NCBI GenBank assembly: GCA_046726415.1
Contig: JBKPAK010000212.1
Coordinates: 1 to 19,175 of the forward strand
DNA: 19,175 nt
Direction of reading: 5' to 3'
Origin: Candidatus Methylomirabilota bacterium
GTDB lineage: Bacteria > Methylomirabilota > Methylomirabilia > Rokubacteriales > CSP1-6
Under the pieces are notes generated by a model. It had not been told where the DNA came from, searched no databases, and was given only the letters and a program-made list of their open reading frames with translations. How positions within the stretch are numbered: position 1 is the stretch's first letter; the number at the start of each line of letters is the position of its first letter. Shown piece after piece: positions 7,611-15,288 of the stretch. A program made the translations under genes and the position numbers.

Positions 7611-9574
7611 GCGACTCGGAGCTGGTCCTCCCGAGCACCCGCCGCGAGCCCCCCGCCGCGCTCGCCGCCATTCGCGTCCGGGGACTCGTGAAGCGCTATG
7701 GCGCCGTCGAGGCGGTACGCGGCATCGATCTCGATGTGCTGGCGGGAGAGATCTTAGGGCTCATCGGCCCGGACGGGGCGGGAAAGACCTCGACCTTCCA
7801 GATTCTTGGCGGGGTAATGGAGGCGACGTCCGGCGCCGGCGAACTGCTCGGGTATCCCGCGCGGCAGATGCGAGCGCGCGTGGGGTATCTCACTCAGGCC
7901 TTCAGTCTCTACCAGGATCTGAGCGTGGCCGAGAACCTCCGGTACATCGGCGAGCTTCGCAACGTGCCTCGCCGCGACATCGAGGAACGAGGTCACCGAT
8001 ACCTCACCATGTTCGGAATGGATCGGTTCAGCGACCGGTTGGCCGGCCGGCTCAGCGGCGGCATGAAGCAGAAGCTGGCGCTCGCCTGCGCGCTCGTCGC
8101 CGAGCCGAGCATCCTCCTGCTCGATGAGCCGACGACGGGCGTCGACCCGGTCTCCCGTCGCGAATTCTGGGATGTCCTGGCCCAGCTCTCGAGCCAAGGC
8201 ATGACCATCCTGCTGGCCACCCCGTACCTCGACGAGGCCGAGCGGTGCCACCGCGTCGCGCTCATGCACGAGGGCCGCATCCACCGGATCGGGCCGCCGG
8301 CCGAGCTGCGCCAGGCTCTCGGTCTCCATCGCCTCGAAGTGAGGGCGGCGGACCTCCGCCGAGCGGGAACGGCGTTGCTCGGACGCCAGGGGATCGTCGA
8401 CGTCCAGCGCTTCGGCGACCGCCTCGACGTGCTGGTGAGCGACGTGCGCGAGGGGGAACGAGCGATCCGCGAGGCGCTGGCCGCCGCGCACCTGGCCTTT
8501 CGCGGCGTGCGCGTGGCGGCCCCCACGCTCGAGAACGCGTTCGTCTCCATCCTGAGGGATCTCGAGGGTGGCGCGCATGTCCCCGAGTTCCCGGGCCGCC
8601 GCACTGAGGCGTCCCCTGAGCCCGCCGTCGCCATCGGCGCCCGCGGCCTCCGGAAGAGCTTTGCGGGATTCGAGGCCGTCAAGGGAATCGATCTCGAGGT
8701 GCGCTACGGCGAGGTCTACGGTCTCCTGGGCGCCAACGGCGCCGGCAAGACCACTACCATCAAAATGCTCTGCGGCCTCCTCGCGCCAACCAGGGGCGAG
8801 GTCGAGCTGGCGGGCGAGCGCGGGCGGCTGCGCTCGGAGGCGGTGCGACAGCAGGTGGGGTACATGTCGCAGAAGTTCTCGCTGTACGACGACCTCACTA
8901 TCGGCGAGAACCTGGACTTCTTCGCCGGAGTGTATGGCGTGCCGGCCCCGCTCCGCGAAGCCCGGAAGCGCTGGGTCCTCCAGTTCGCCGGCCTCCAGGG
9001 CCGGGGCGGCCAGCTGACCGGCAGCCTGCCTGGCGGATGGAAGCAACGGGTGGCATTCGGCGCGGCCATCATGCACGAGCCGCGGGTCCTGTTCCTCGAC
9101 GAACCGACGTCGGGCGTCGATCCCATCGCCCGCCGGACGTTCTGGTCCATGATCAACCAGCTCGCCGATCAGGGCACGGCGATCCTGGTCACTACCCACT
9201 ATCTCGAGGAAGCCGAGGGGTGTAACCGGCTGGGCTTCATGGTGGGGGGCGAGATCGTGGCCGAGGGCACGCCGAGCGGCGTGAAGGCCGCCCAGGGAGG
9301 ACGGGTAATCGAGATCAGCACCGACCAGCCCCAGCGAGCCTTCGGCGCGCTCAAGGCCGAGATTGAACGCTGGCGCCTGTCGCTCTTCGGCGACCGCCTG
9401 CACGTCATCGTCGAGGGCGATGCCGGGCTCGCGGCGCGCAGGCTCGCGGCTCGCCTCGAGCGCGAGGGCATCCGCGTCCTCGAGGCCACCGAGCAGGATT
9501 ACTCGCTGGAGGACGTTTTCCTCGTCGTCGTGGAGAAACACCAGCAAGCCGACGCGAGGCCGACGGCCGCCTGA
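7607..9574 (+). CDS. ABC transporter ATP-binding protein with two NBDs (YbhF-like)
   Basis: Walker A GPDGAGKT and GANGAGKT, signatures LSGGMKQK and LPGGWKQR, Walker B LLLDEPT and LFLDEPT. Start at ATG 7607 (ATGA overlap). Confidence 0.95.
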   Translation: MSDSELVLPSTRREPPAALAAIRVRGLVKRYGAVEAVRGIDLDVLAGEILGLIGPDGAGKTSTFQILGGVMEATSGAGELLGYPARQMRARVGYLTQAFSLYQDLSVAENLRYIGELRNVPRRDIEERGHRYLTMFGMDRFSDRLAGRLSGGMKQKLALACALVAEPSILLLDEPTTGVDPVSRREFWDVLAQLSSQGMTILLATPYLDEAERCHRVALMHEGRIHRIGPPAELRQALGLHRLEVRAADLRRAGTALLGRQGIVDVQRFGDRLDVLVSDVREGERAIREALAAAHLAFRGVRVAAPTLENAFVSILRDLEGGAHVPEFPGRRTEASPEPAVAIGARGLRKSFAGFEAVKGIDLEVRYGEVYGLLGANGAGKTTTIKMLCGLLAPTRGEVELAGERGRLRSEAVRQQVGYMSQKFSLYDDLTIGENLDFFAGVYGVPAPLREARKRWVLQFAGLQGRGGQLTGSLPGGWKQRVAFGAAIMHEPRVLFLDEPTSGVDPIARRTFWSMINQLADQGTAILVTTHYLEEAEGCNRLGFMVGGEIVAEGTPSGVKAAQGGRVIEISTDQPQRAFGALKAEIERWRLSLFGDRLHVIVEGDAGLAARRLAARLEREGIRVLEATEQDYSLEDVFLVVVEKHQQADARPTAA

Positions 9575-9598
9575 CCACGAACGGAGTCGTCCTGGATC

Positions 9599-10699
9599 AT
9601 GCGGCGTATCGTCGCCCAGGCGCGCAAGGAACTGACCCAGATCGCCCGTGACCGGCTCGCGCTGGCGCTGGCCCTGGTTCTGCCCGTCGCCCTCACCGCC
9701 TTGCTGGGCACGTCGATCTCGCTCACGGTGACCGACATCCCCATCGTCATCCAGGATCTTGATCAGACGCCTCTCTCGCGCCGTTACGCGGACGCCTTCC
9801 GGAACTCGCTGACATTCCGCGTCGTGACCTCGCCGCCCGCCATGTCGCCGGAGGCCGTGCTGGCTCGGGGCCACGCGCGCGCGGCCGTGATCATCCCGGA
9901 GCACTTCGCCCGGGAAATCCTCCGCGGCCGATCGGCAGAGGCGCAGGTGCTGGTGGATGCCACCGATACCAACACCGCGTTGCTCGCGCGCGGAGGCGCC
10001 GGTCAGGTGACGCGGGCCTTTTCCAAGCAGGTCGGCTCGGCGTCCCCTCGCCTCGGGACCGCCACCCGCCTGTGGTTCAACCCCGGGCGCGAGCCGCGGA
10101 AGTTCTACGGGCCGGGCATGTTCGTCCTGGCCCTGTCGATCTTCCCCCCCGTGCTCGCCGCCCTCGCCATGTCGCGCGAAGGCGAGCAGAAGACCATCCT
10201 TCAAGTATTCGTCTCGAGCATCTCGGCCCGCGAGTTCCTGCTCGGAAAGATCCTGGCCGGCCTCACCGTCGGGCTCGTACAGTGGGGCCTGGCGCTGGCC
10301 CTGATGTTCACGCTCTTCGGCTTGCGGTTTGCGGGCGATCCCACGCCGCTCCTGGTGGCCAGCGTGTTGTTCCTCTTCTGCGCTGTGAGCTTCGGCGCCC
10401 TAGTCGGCAGCGCGATCCCCAACCAGGCCGCCGCCGTCCAGGCCGTCGGCCTCGGGGGATTCCTGCTCGCCTTCCTCCTCTCCGGTCTCATCTTTCCAGT
10501 GGAGAACATCCCCACCGTCCTGCGCTGGATCTCGAATCTGGTCCAGGCGCGCTACTTCATCGTCGTCGTGCGCGACGCCTTCCTCCAGGGAGGTGGCTGG
10601 CCAGCCGTCTGGTGGGCCGTGCTGGCCATCGGCGGGATCGGGCTCGCCTTCTACGGACTGGCGTGGCGAACAATGCGCCGGATGCAGGTCACGGCATGA
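9599..10699 (+). CDS. ABC-2 type permease (YbhS-like)
   Basis: ARKELTQIARDR N-terminus, extracytoplasmic loop, WFNP, REGEQKT, LSGLIFPVENIP and multiple TMs. Confidence 0.93.
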   Translation: MRRIVAQARKELTQIARDRLALALALVLPVALTALLGTSISLTVTDIPIVIQDLDQTPLSRRYADAFRNSLTFRVVTSPPAMSPEAVLARGHARAAVIIPEHFAREILRGRSAEAQVLVDATDTNTALLARGGAGQVTRAFSKQVGSASPRLGTATRLWFNPGREPRKFYGPGMFVLALSIFPPVLAALAMSREGEQKTILQVFVSSISAREFLLGKILAGLTVGLVQWGLALALMFTLFGLRFAGDPTPLLVASVLFLFCAVSFGALVGSAIPNQAAAVQAVGLGGFLLAFLLSGLIFPVENIPTVLRWISNLVQARYFIVVVRDAFLQGGGWPAVWWAVLAIGGIGLAFYGLAWRTMRRMQVTA

Positions 10700-11901
10700 A
10701 ATCGGCTTTCGCCCGACTCATTCGCGGCCGCTTCTGGGCGCTGGCCCTGAAGGAACTGCGCCAGATCCGGCGTGACCGACGGCTGGTGATCTCGCTCATC
10801 GTGCCGCCCACCTTGCAGATCCTCCTCTTCGGCTTCGCGCTGACCTCGGACATCCAGAACCTCCGGCTGGGCGTGGTCGACGAGAGTCGCACCGCCGAGA
10901 GTCGCGAGCTGATCTCCGCCCTCACCGAGAACCGCACGTTCCACTTCACCGGCTCGTACCCGAACAGCGCAGCGCTCGAAGGGGCGCTCAGCTCGGGTCG
11001 GCTCGACGTCGGCGTGGTCGTGCCCTACGACTTTGCGCGCCGGGCGGCGCGCGGGCGGCCGGTCACGGTGCAGGTGCTGCTCAACGCCGTCAACGCCAAC
11101 ACGGCGCAGATCGCCGAGGGATACGTGGAAGGCGCGGTGGCCTGGCTCGACCAGCGACGGGATGCTCTGCGCGCGCCGGCCAAGACGCCCCGCGGCGTGC
11201 TAGGCGGGGGGGTCGATGGCGAGGCGCACGCCATGTCCACCGCCCGCGTCCGCAGTCCCTCCGTCGAGATACGAACGGCGTTCCTCTACAATCCGGGCCT
11301 GATCAACAGCTGGTTCATCGTGACGGGCGTCATGGGTACGCTGATCATCCTCAACGGCTCCCTGGTCGCCGCGGCAACCATGATCCGCGAGAAGGAACGG
11401 GGGACGGTCGAGCAGCTCTTGATGACGCCGGCCAGTGCGCTGGAGGCGGTGGCAGCCAAGATCGTGCCCCTCTTCGTCCTCCTGATGGGGATGGTCGGGT
11501 TGGCGCTCACGGTGGCCCGGCTCGTCTTCCACGTCCCGTTTCGCGGCAGCCTCCCGCTGGTGCTGGTCGCCTGCGCGTGCTGCGTGTTGACGGGCATCGG
11601 TCTCGGCACGTTCATTTCCACCTTCGTGCGGTCGGCGAACCAGGCGCAGCTCATCAGCTTCTTCGTGAACCCGCCGCTCGCCACGCTGTCCGGCGCGTTG
11701 ACGCCCATCGAGGCCATGCCACCCTGGATCCAGCCCTGGACCCTGCTCAACCCCATTGCCCACTTCGCGGCGATCGCTCGGGGCGTGCTGGTGAAGGGGG
11801 CCGGGCTCGACTCCGTCTACCCGAACCTGCTCGTGCTGGCGGCCCTTGCGGCGCTTCTCGTCGGCATCAGCGCCCTACGCTTTCGACGCCAACTGGCCTA
11901 G
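10696..11901 (+). CDS. ABC-2 type permease (YbhR-like)
   Basis: Real start at ATG 10696 (ATGA overlap): MKSAFARLIRGRFWALALKELRQIRRDR, YNP, IREKERGTVEQLLMTP and LSGALTPIEAMP. Confidence 0.93.
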   Translation: MKSAFARLIRGRFWALALKELRQIRRDRRLVISLIVPPTLQILLFGFALTSDIQNLRLGVVDESRTAESRELISALTENRTFHFTGSYPNSAALEGALSSGRLDVGVVVPYDFARRAARGRPVTVQVLLNAVNANTAQIAEGYVEGAVAWLDQRRDALRAPAKTPRGVLGGGVDGEAHAMSTARVRSPSVEIRTAFLYNPGLINSWFIVTGVMGTLIILNGSLVAAATMIREKERGTVEQLLMTPASALEAVAAKIVPLFVLLMGMVGLALTVARLVFHVPFRGSLPLVLVACACCVLTGIGLGTFISTFVRSANQAQLISFFVNPPLATLSGALTPIEAMPPWIQPWTLLNPIAHFAAIARGVLVKGAGLDSVYPNLLVLAALAALLVGISALRFRRQLA

Positions 11902-11922
11902 CCGCGCGTCCACGTGAACCGA

Positions 11923-11982
11923 CGCTGGCGATGAGCCCCCTCGCCAGTGGCCGGCGGCCGTGGCTGCGAGAGCACCGCCGGC
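11923..11982 (+). terminator. Two tandem GC hairpins downstream of the efflux operon (no U-tract)
   Basis: CTGGCGA/TCGCCAG (11925-11947) and GCCGGCGG/CCGCCGGC (11950-11982). Confidence 0.3.
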
Positions 11983-12011
11983 TCCTCGCCTTCGCGCGCC
12001 TCGCCCATCTC

Positions 12012-12020
12012 TGATATCAT
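12012..12020 (+). promoter_or_regulatory. Extended -10 promoter element
   Basis: TGaTATCAT ending 10 nt before ATG 12031; no SD in between. Confidence 0.55.
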
Positions 12021-12030
12021 CCGACGCAGC

Positions 12031-12249
12031 ATGCCGTTGCGGCTTCCCGATCTCGTTGGCCGGGCCATGATCGACCCGGAGTTCCTCCGCGAGCTCCGAC
12101 AGACCCCCGACCTCGTCCTCGCCCGCTACGAGCTTACCGTGGAGGAGCGGGCAGTGGTGACGCGCGCCTTGGCCCACCTCGACAAGAGCCCGTCGCCACA
12201 GCAAGTAGACGAGCTCAAGAACACCCTTCTTCGCCGCGTCGCCACCTAG
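12031..12249 (+). CDS. 72-aa NHLP-leader-like protein (resembles Os1348-type NHLP clan)
   Basis: MPLRLPDLVGRAMIDPEFLRELRQTPDLVLARYELTVEERAVV shows the leader pattern (L/I)xxRAxxDxxFxxxLxxxPxxxLxxxxL(T/S)xEE. Start chosen at ATG 12031. Confidence 0.7.
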   Translation: MPLRLPDLVGRAMIDPEFLRELRQTPDLVLARYELTVEERAVVTRALAHLDKSPSPQQVDELKNTLLRRVAT

Positions 12250-12263
12250 CGTCAGAGCGTCGG

Positions 12264-12764
12264 GTGGCGAGCGCCGCTGAGATCGTCGCCTTTCTGAGAC
12301 AAGTTCGGTTGTTTCGCGACATCTCCGCCCAGGATCTCGCCGCGCTCGCGGGCACCCTTCGCGAGCACGCCATGCGCCGGGGCCAGGTGCTCTTTCGCGA
12401 GGGCGATCGAGGTGACGCGATGTACCTGGTCCGCCACGGCACCTTGATCGTCTCCAAGGCCGTCACCGGCCGCGTCGACCAGGTCCTCGCGCGGTTCGGT
12501 CCGGGCGAGTTCTTCGGCGAGATGGCTCTCTTCGATCGCTCGCCCCGCTCCGCCACCATTCAGGCCGACACCGAGGCCACCCTCCTCACGCTTGACCGCG
12601 AGCATCTGGAGCGGCTCATCGAGACGAATCCGCGGGCGGCCGCCGAGTTCTTCGAAGCGCTCGTGCACGTGTTCATCGATCGCCTGCGCGCCACCGGCGA
12701 TCTCGTGGCCGAAGTGACGCGCTGGGGGCTCGAGGCCACCGGCCTGGACATCGAGTCGCGATGA
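12264..12764 (+). CDS. Stand-alone cyclic-nucleotide-binding domain protein
   Basis: FLRQVRLF, LFREGDRGDAMYLV..G and phosphate-binding cassette GEFFGEMALFDRSPRSATIQA. 166 aa with no recognisable C-terminal Crp HTH. Confidence 0.9.
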   Translation: MASAAEIVAFLRQVRLFRDISAQDLAALAGTLREHAMRRGQVLFREGDRGDAMYLVRHGTLIVSKAVTGRVDQVLARFGPGEFFGEMALFDRSPRSATIQADTEATLLTLDREHLERLIETNPRAAAEFFEALVHVFIDRLRATGDLVAEVTRWGLEATGLDIESR

Positions 12765-12780
12765 TGGCCGGGCGGACCCC

Positions 12781-14010
12781 ATGAGCGAGTCGGCGGCGCC
12801 GCGGGGGCGGACCCGGATCGAGCTGCTGGTCCGGGGCGACGACGGCCAGAGCTTCGATGTGCGCGAGTTCGGCAGCGGTCCGGCCTTCCTGCAGCTCCGC
12901 CCCCGTCGGGTGGGTCCCGACTCCTTCGAGCTGGTGGAGGTGCCCTCGCGGTTCGGTGAGCACGAGAGCTTCATTCTGAAGAACACCAAGACGGATCGGT
13001 TCATCCTGCTCACGCGCGAGGAGTGCTTCCTGTGGGATCGCATGGATGGCTCCATGAGCCTGCAAGAGATGGCCACCGCCTACGTCCTCGCCTTCGGGGC
13101 CTTCGACTTCGATGTGATTCCCCGACTGATCCGCAAGCTCCAGGCGGGGCTGCTTCTCGACATGCATCCGGTCTCGCGCCTGCGCCGCGCCCTCGAGCGC
13201 AACCGCGACCGCCGAGCGGCCCGAGTGGTCTACACAGCGCTCACGGGCCTCGAGCGCATCAACGTCTCGAGCCGGAACGTCCAGGCATTCTTTCAGACCT
13301 TGTACCGCCTCGGGGGCTTCCTGCTCTTCCACCCGGTGGCCTTACTCGGCTTGCTCGTGTTGACCGTGGCCGGCGTGGCCGCCAGCGCAATGGTCTGGCG
13401 CGACCTCGACTTCATCGTGCGGGGGTTCGGCCCCCATCCGTTCTGGGCCGTCATCAGCGTGAAGGTCCTGCTCATCCTGACCATCGGAATCCATCAGCTC
13501 GTCCACGGCCTCGCCTGCATCCACTACGGACGTCGCGTGCGGGAGTTCGGCTTCACCTTCATCCATGGGATCGTGCCGACCTTTTACGTCGACGTCACCG
13601 ACATCTTCATGGCGAGCCGTCGCGCTCGCGTGATCAACGCGGTCTCCGGCACGCTTGTGCACCTCGCCCTGGGGGCAGCCTGGTTCGTCCTGGCCGTCTA
13701 CCTGCCGCCCGGTTTCGGGCAGGCCTTCGCCGCGGCGTCGGGGATCATCCAGTGGCAGACCTTCGTGATTTCACTGTATCCGTTCTGCTTCGTCGAGATG
13801 GACGGGTACCACGTCCTCGTCGACATGCTGGGGGAGCCGACGCTCAAATCGCAGGCGCTCGCCTACGTGGGATCGGTTTTCCGGGGCACGGCGAGCTGGC
13901 CTCTGCGCCGGCAGCAGGCTCTCTACCTCGTCTACGTCGGCCTGTCGGCGCTATCGGTCGGCGCCTTCGTGGCCTTCAACGTCAAGCTGATCCTGCACGC
14001 CATCTCGTAG
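12781..14010 (+). CDS. Membrane protein: N-terminal PqqD/RRE-like domain + M50 (site-2 protease)-like domain with HQxxH
   Basis: FILKN...RFILL..EE.FLWDRMDGSMSLQEMATAY...FG...LIRKL (RRE-like), TMs, IHQLVHGLACIHYGRRVREFG, FYVDVTD and SLYP...MDGYH. Confidence 0.8.
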   Translation: MSESAAPRGRTRIELLVRGDDGQSFDVREFGSGPAFLQLRPRRVGPDSFELVEVPSRFGEHESFILKNTKTDRFILLTREECFLWDRMDGSMSLQEMATAYVLAFGAFDFDVIPRLIRKLQAGLLLDMHPVSRLRRALERNRDRRAARVVYTALTGLERINVSSRNVQAFFQTLYRLGGFLLFHPVALLGLLVLTVAGVAASAMVWRDLDFIVRGFGPHPFWAVISVKVLLILTIGIHQLVHGLACIHYGRRVREFGFTFIHGIVPTFYVDVTDIFMASRRARVINAVSGTLVHLALGAAWFVLAVYLPPGFGQAFAAASGIIQWQTFVISLYPFCFVEMDGYHVLVDMLGEPTLKSQALAYVGSVFRGTASWPLRRQQALYLVYVGLSALSVGAFVAFNVKLILHAIS

Positions 14011-15228
14011 CGGTCCCCACGCCAGCAGGGCCTGTACGGCGTTGGCCAGGGCACGGGCCGATTCCCTCAAATCGCCCCGAGGGTCGGCGGCGAAGGCCGC
14101 GGCCTGGGCCTCGGCAGGCAAGGCGGCCAGCCGTGCCTGCGCTCGCGCCCGCAAAACATCACCGACGAGGTGCGCGGCTTCCCCGAGGACGGCCAGGCCG
14201 ATGTTGACGCGCTGCTCGCCGGTGGTGGCCGCGGCCAGCCGGGTGCGGGCCAGGTGGAGGAGTCGGTTCGAAACGCGCAGCGCGGCGCCGTGGACCGCGA
14301 CGAGGTCATAGCTGACCGGGCCCCACTCGAGAGCCAAGTCGACCACACTGTCCAGAATGAACGGTCCGAGCGCGGGAGCGCTCCGGGCGGCGACGGCCGC
14401 GGCGATGCCGGGCAGCACGGCGGCTGGGGCGACTTCCAGATGCGAGAAGGACCTCGCCACCGAAACGATCTCGATGATCCCGGCGTCCGGAGTGAGGTTC
14501 AGGTGGTCCTCGAGCACCGCGCCGAGCGCCCACAGCGAGCAGACCACGCGACCATCGGCGTCGCGCACGCGGCGCGCCGCATGCCGCTGGACGCCCTGCC
14601 ACGCGGTGCGGTAATAGGGCCGACCCTCCCAGACGACCTTCTCGATGCGATCGCGTAGCTGAATCCAGATCCCGGCATCCGAGAGGAGACGCTCATGGGG
14701 CGCCGGGATCCAGGCGAGTTCGCCGGCCATGAAGGCGTGGAGGGGATCGCCGTCGCCACCGCAATAGTGGAATGACTCCAGGAGGGCCAGGAAGAGTTCC
14801 TCGCTCGGATACGGCCCGCGATAAAAGAGGTGGCCCCCGGGCTGATCGGAGGCCAGACTCGCGATGAGATTGAGCACGGCCGTTCCGCCCCCCAGTGGAA
14901 GCCGGGCGGGCTCGGCCAAAGTCGGGATCGAAGCGAGATGGGTGTAGTCGACCGCTTCGAACACCGTCAGAGCCACACCGCGGTGCCACAGCCGGTCGGA
15001 GCGGCCCCAGGGTGCGTCACTCGTGGCTCCGGGTTCAATGGTCAGCCAGGACCCGTCGGGGATTCGCACGCTGGCCTCGGCCAGCGTGCCATCCTCCCGC
15101 CAGGCAAGCCGGGCGAGCTCGTGGCCGTGGCGATCGCGCTCACCCAGGCGACGGCCCGCCGAGGAATACATCACCGTCGTCCCGTGGGGCAGCACGATCG
15201 TCGAGGGCGGCGCGCCCGGCTGCTCCAC
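13951..15228 (-). CDS. Hypothetical protein (~425 aa)
   Basis: 3' part of the 687-aa minus ORF not shadowed by the amidase. Protein-like composition (Trp/Tyr-rich, YRGPYPSEELFLALLESF). GTG 15228 lies 8 nt downstream of a minus-strand TATCAT. Start uncertain. Confidence 0.7.
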   Translation of the reverse strand: MEQPGAPPSTIVLPHGTTVMYSSAGRRLGERDRHGHELARLAWREDGTLAEASVRIPDGSWLTIEPGATSDAPWGRSDRLWHRGVALTVFEAVDYTHLASIPTLAEPARLPLGGGTAVLNLIASLASDQPGGHLFYRGPYPSEELFLALLESFHYCGGDGDPLHAFMAGELAWIPAPHERLLSDAGIWIQLRDRIEKVVWEGRPYYRTAWQGVQRHAARRVRDADGRVVCSLWALGAVLEDHLNLTPDAGIIEIVSVARSFSHLEVAPAAVLPGIAAAVAARSAPALGPFILDSVVDLALEWGPVSYDLVAVHGAALRVSNRLLHLARTRLAAATTGEQRVNIGLAVLGEAAHLVGDVLRARAQARLAALPAEAQAAAFAADPRGDLRESARALANAVQALLAWGPLRDGVQDQLDVEGHEGADR

Positions 15229-15231
15229 GAT

Positions 15232-15250
15232 GCGCAATGATACAATGCGC
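15232..15250. promoter_or_regulatory. Overlapping divergent -10 elements (bidirectional promoter candidate)
   Basis: Plus TGaTACAAT (15238-15246) and minus TATCAT (15242-15237), flanked by the GCGCA/TGCGC inverted repeat. Confidence 0.5.
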
Positions 15251-15288
15251 CGGACTGATGGGATCCGTGGTCGCCCGCGAAGACGCGT

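Noticed and set aside
7754-10204. 816-aa minus-strand ORF
   Set aside because: Antisense shadow of the ABC ATPase and permease; no independent motifs.
10072-10695. N-terminal extension of the 609-aa permease ORF
   Set aside because: Out-of-frame overlap with the upstream permease; ATGA coupling at 10696 gives a normal-length protein.
5611-12249. Efflux operon as the dedicated exporter of the NHLP-like peptide
   Set aside because: It has its own TetR control, is separated by hairpins and a new promoter, and lacks a C39 peptidase domain; adjacency alone is insufficient.
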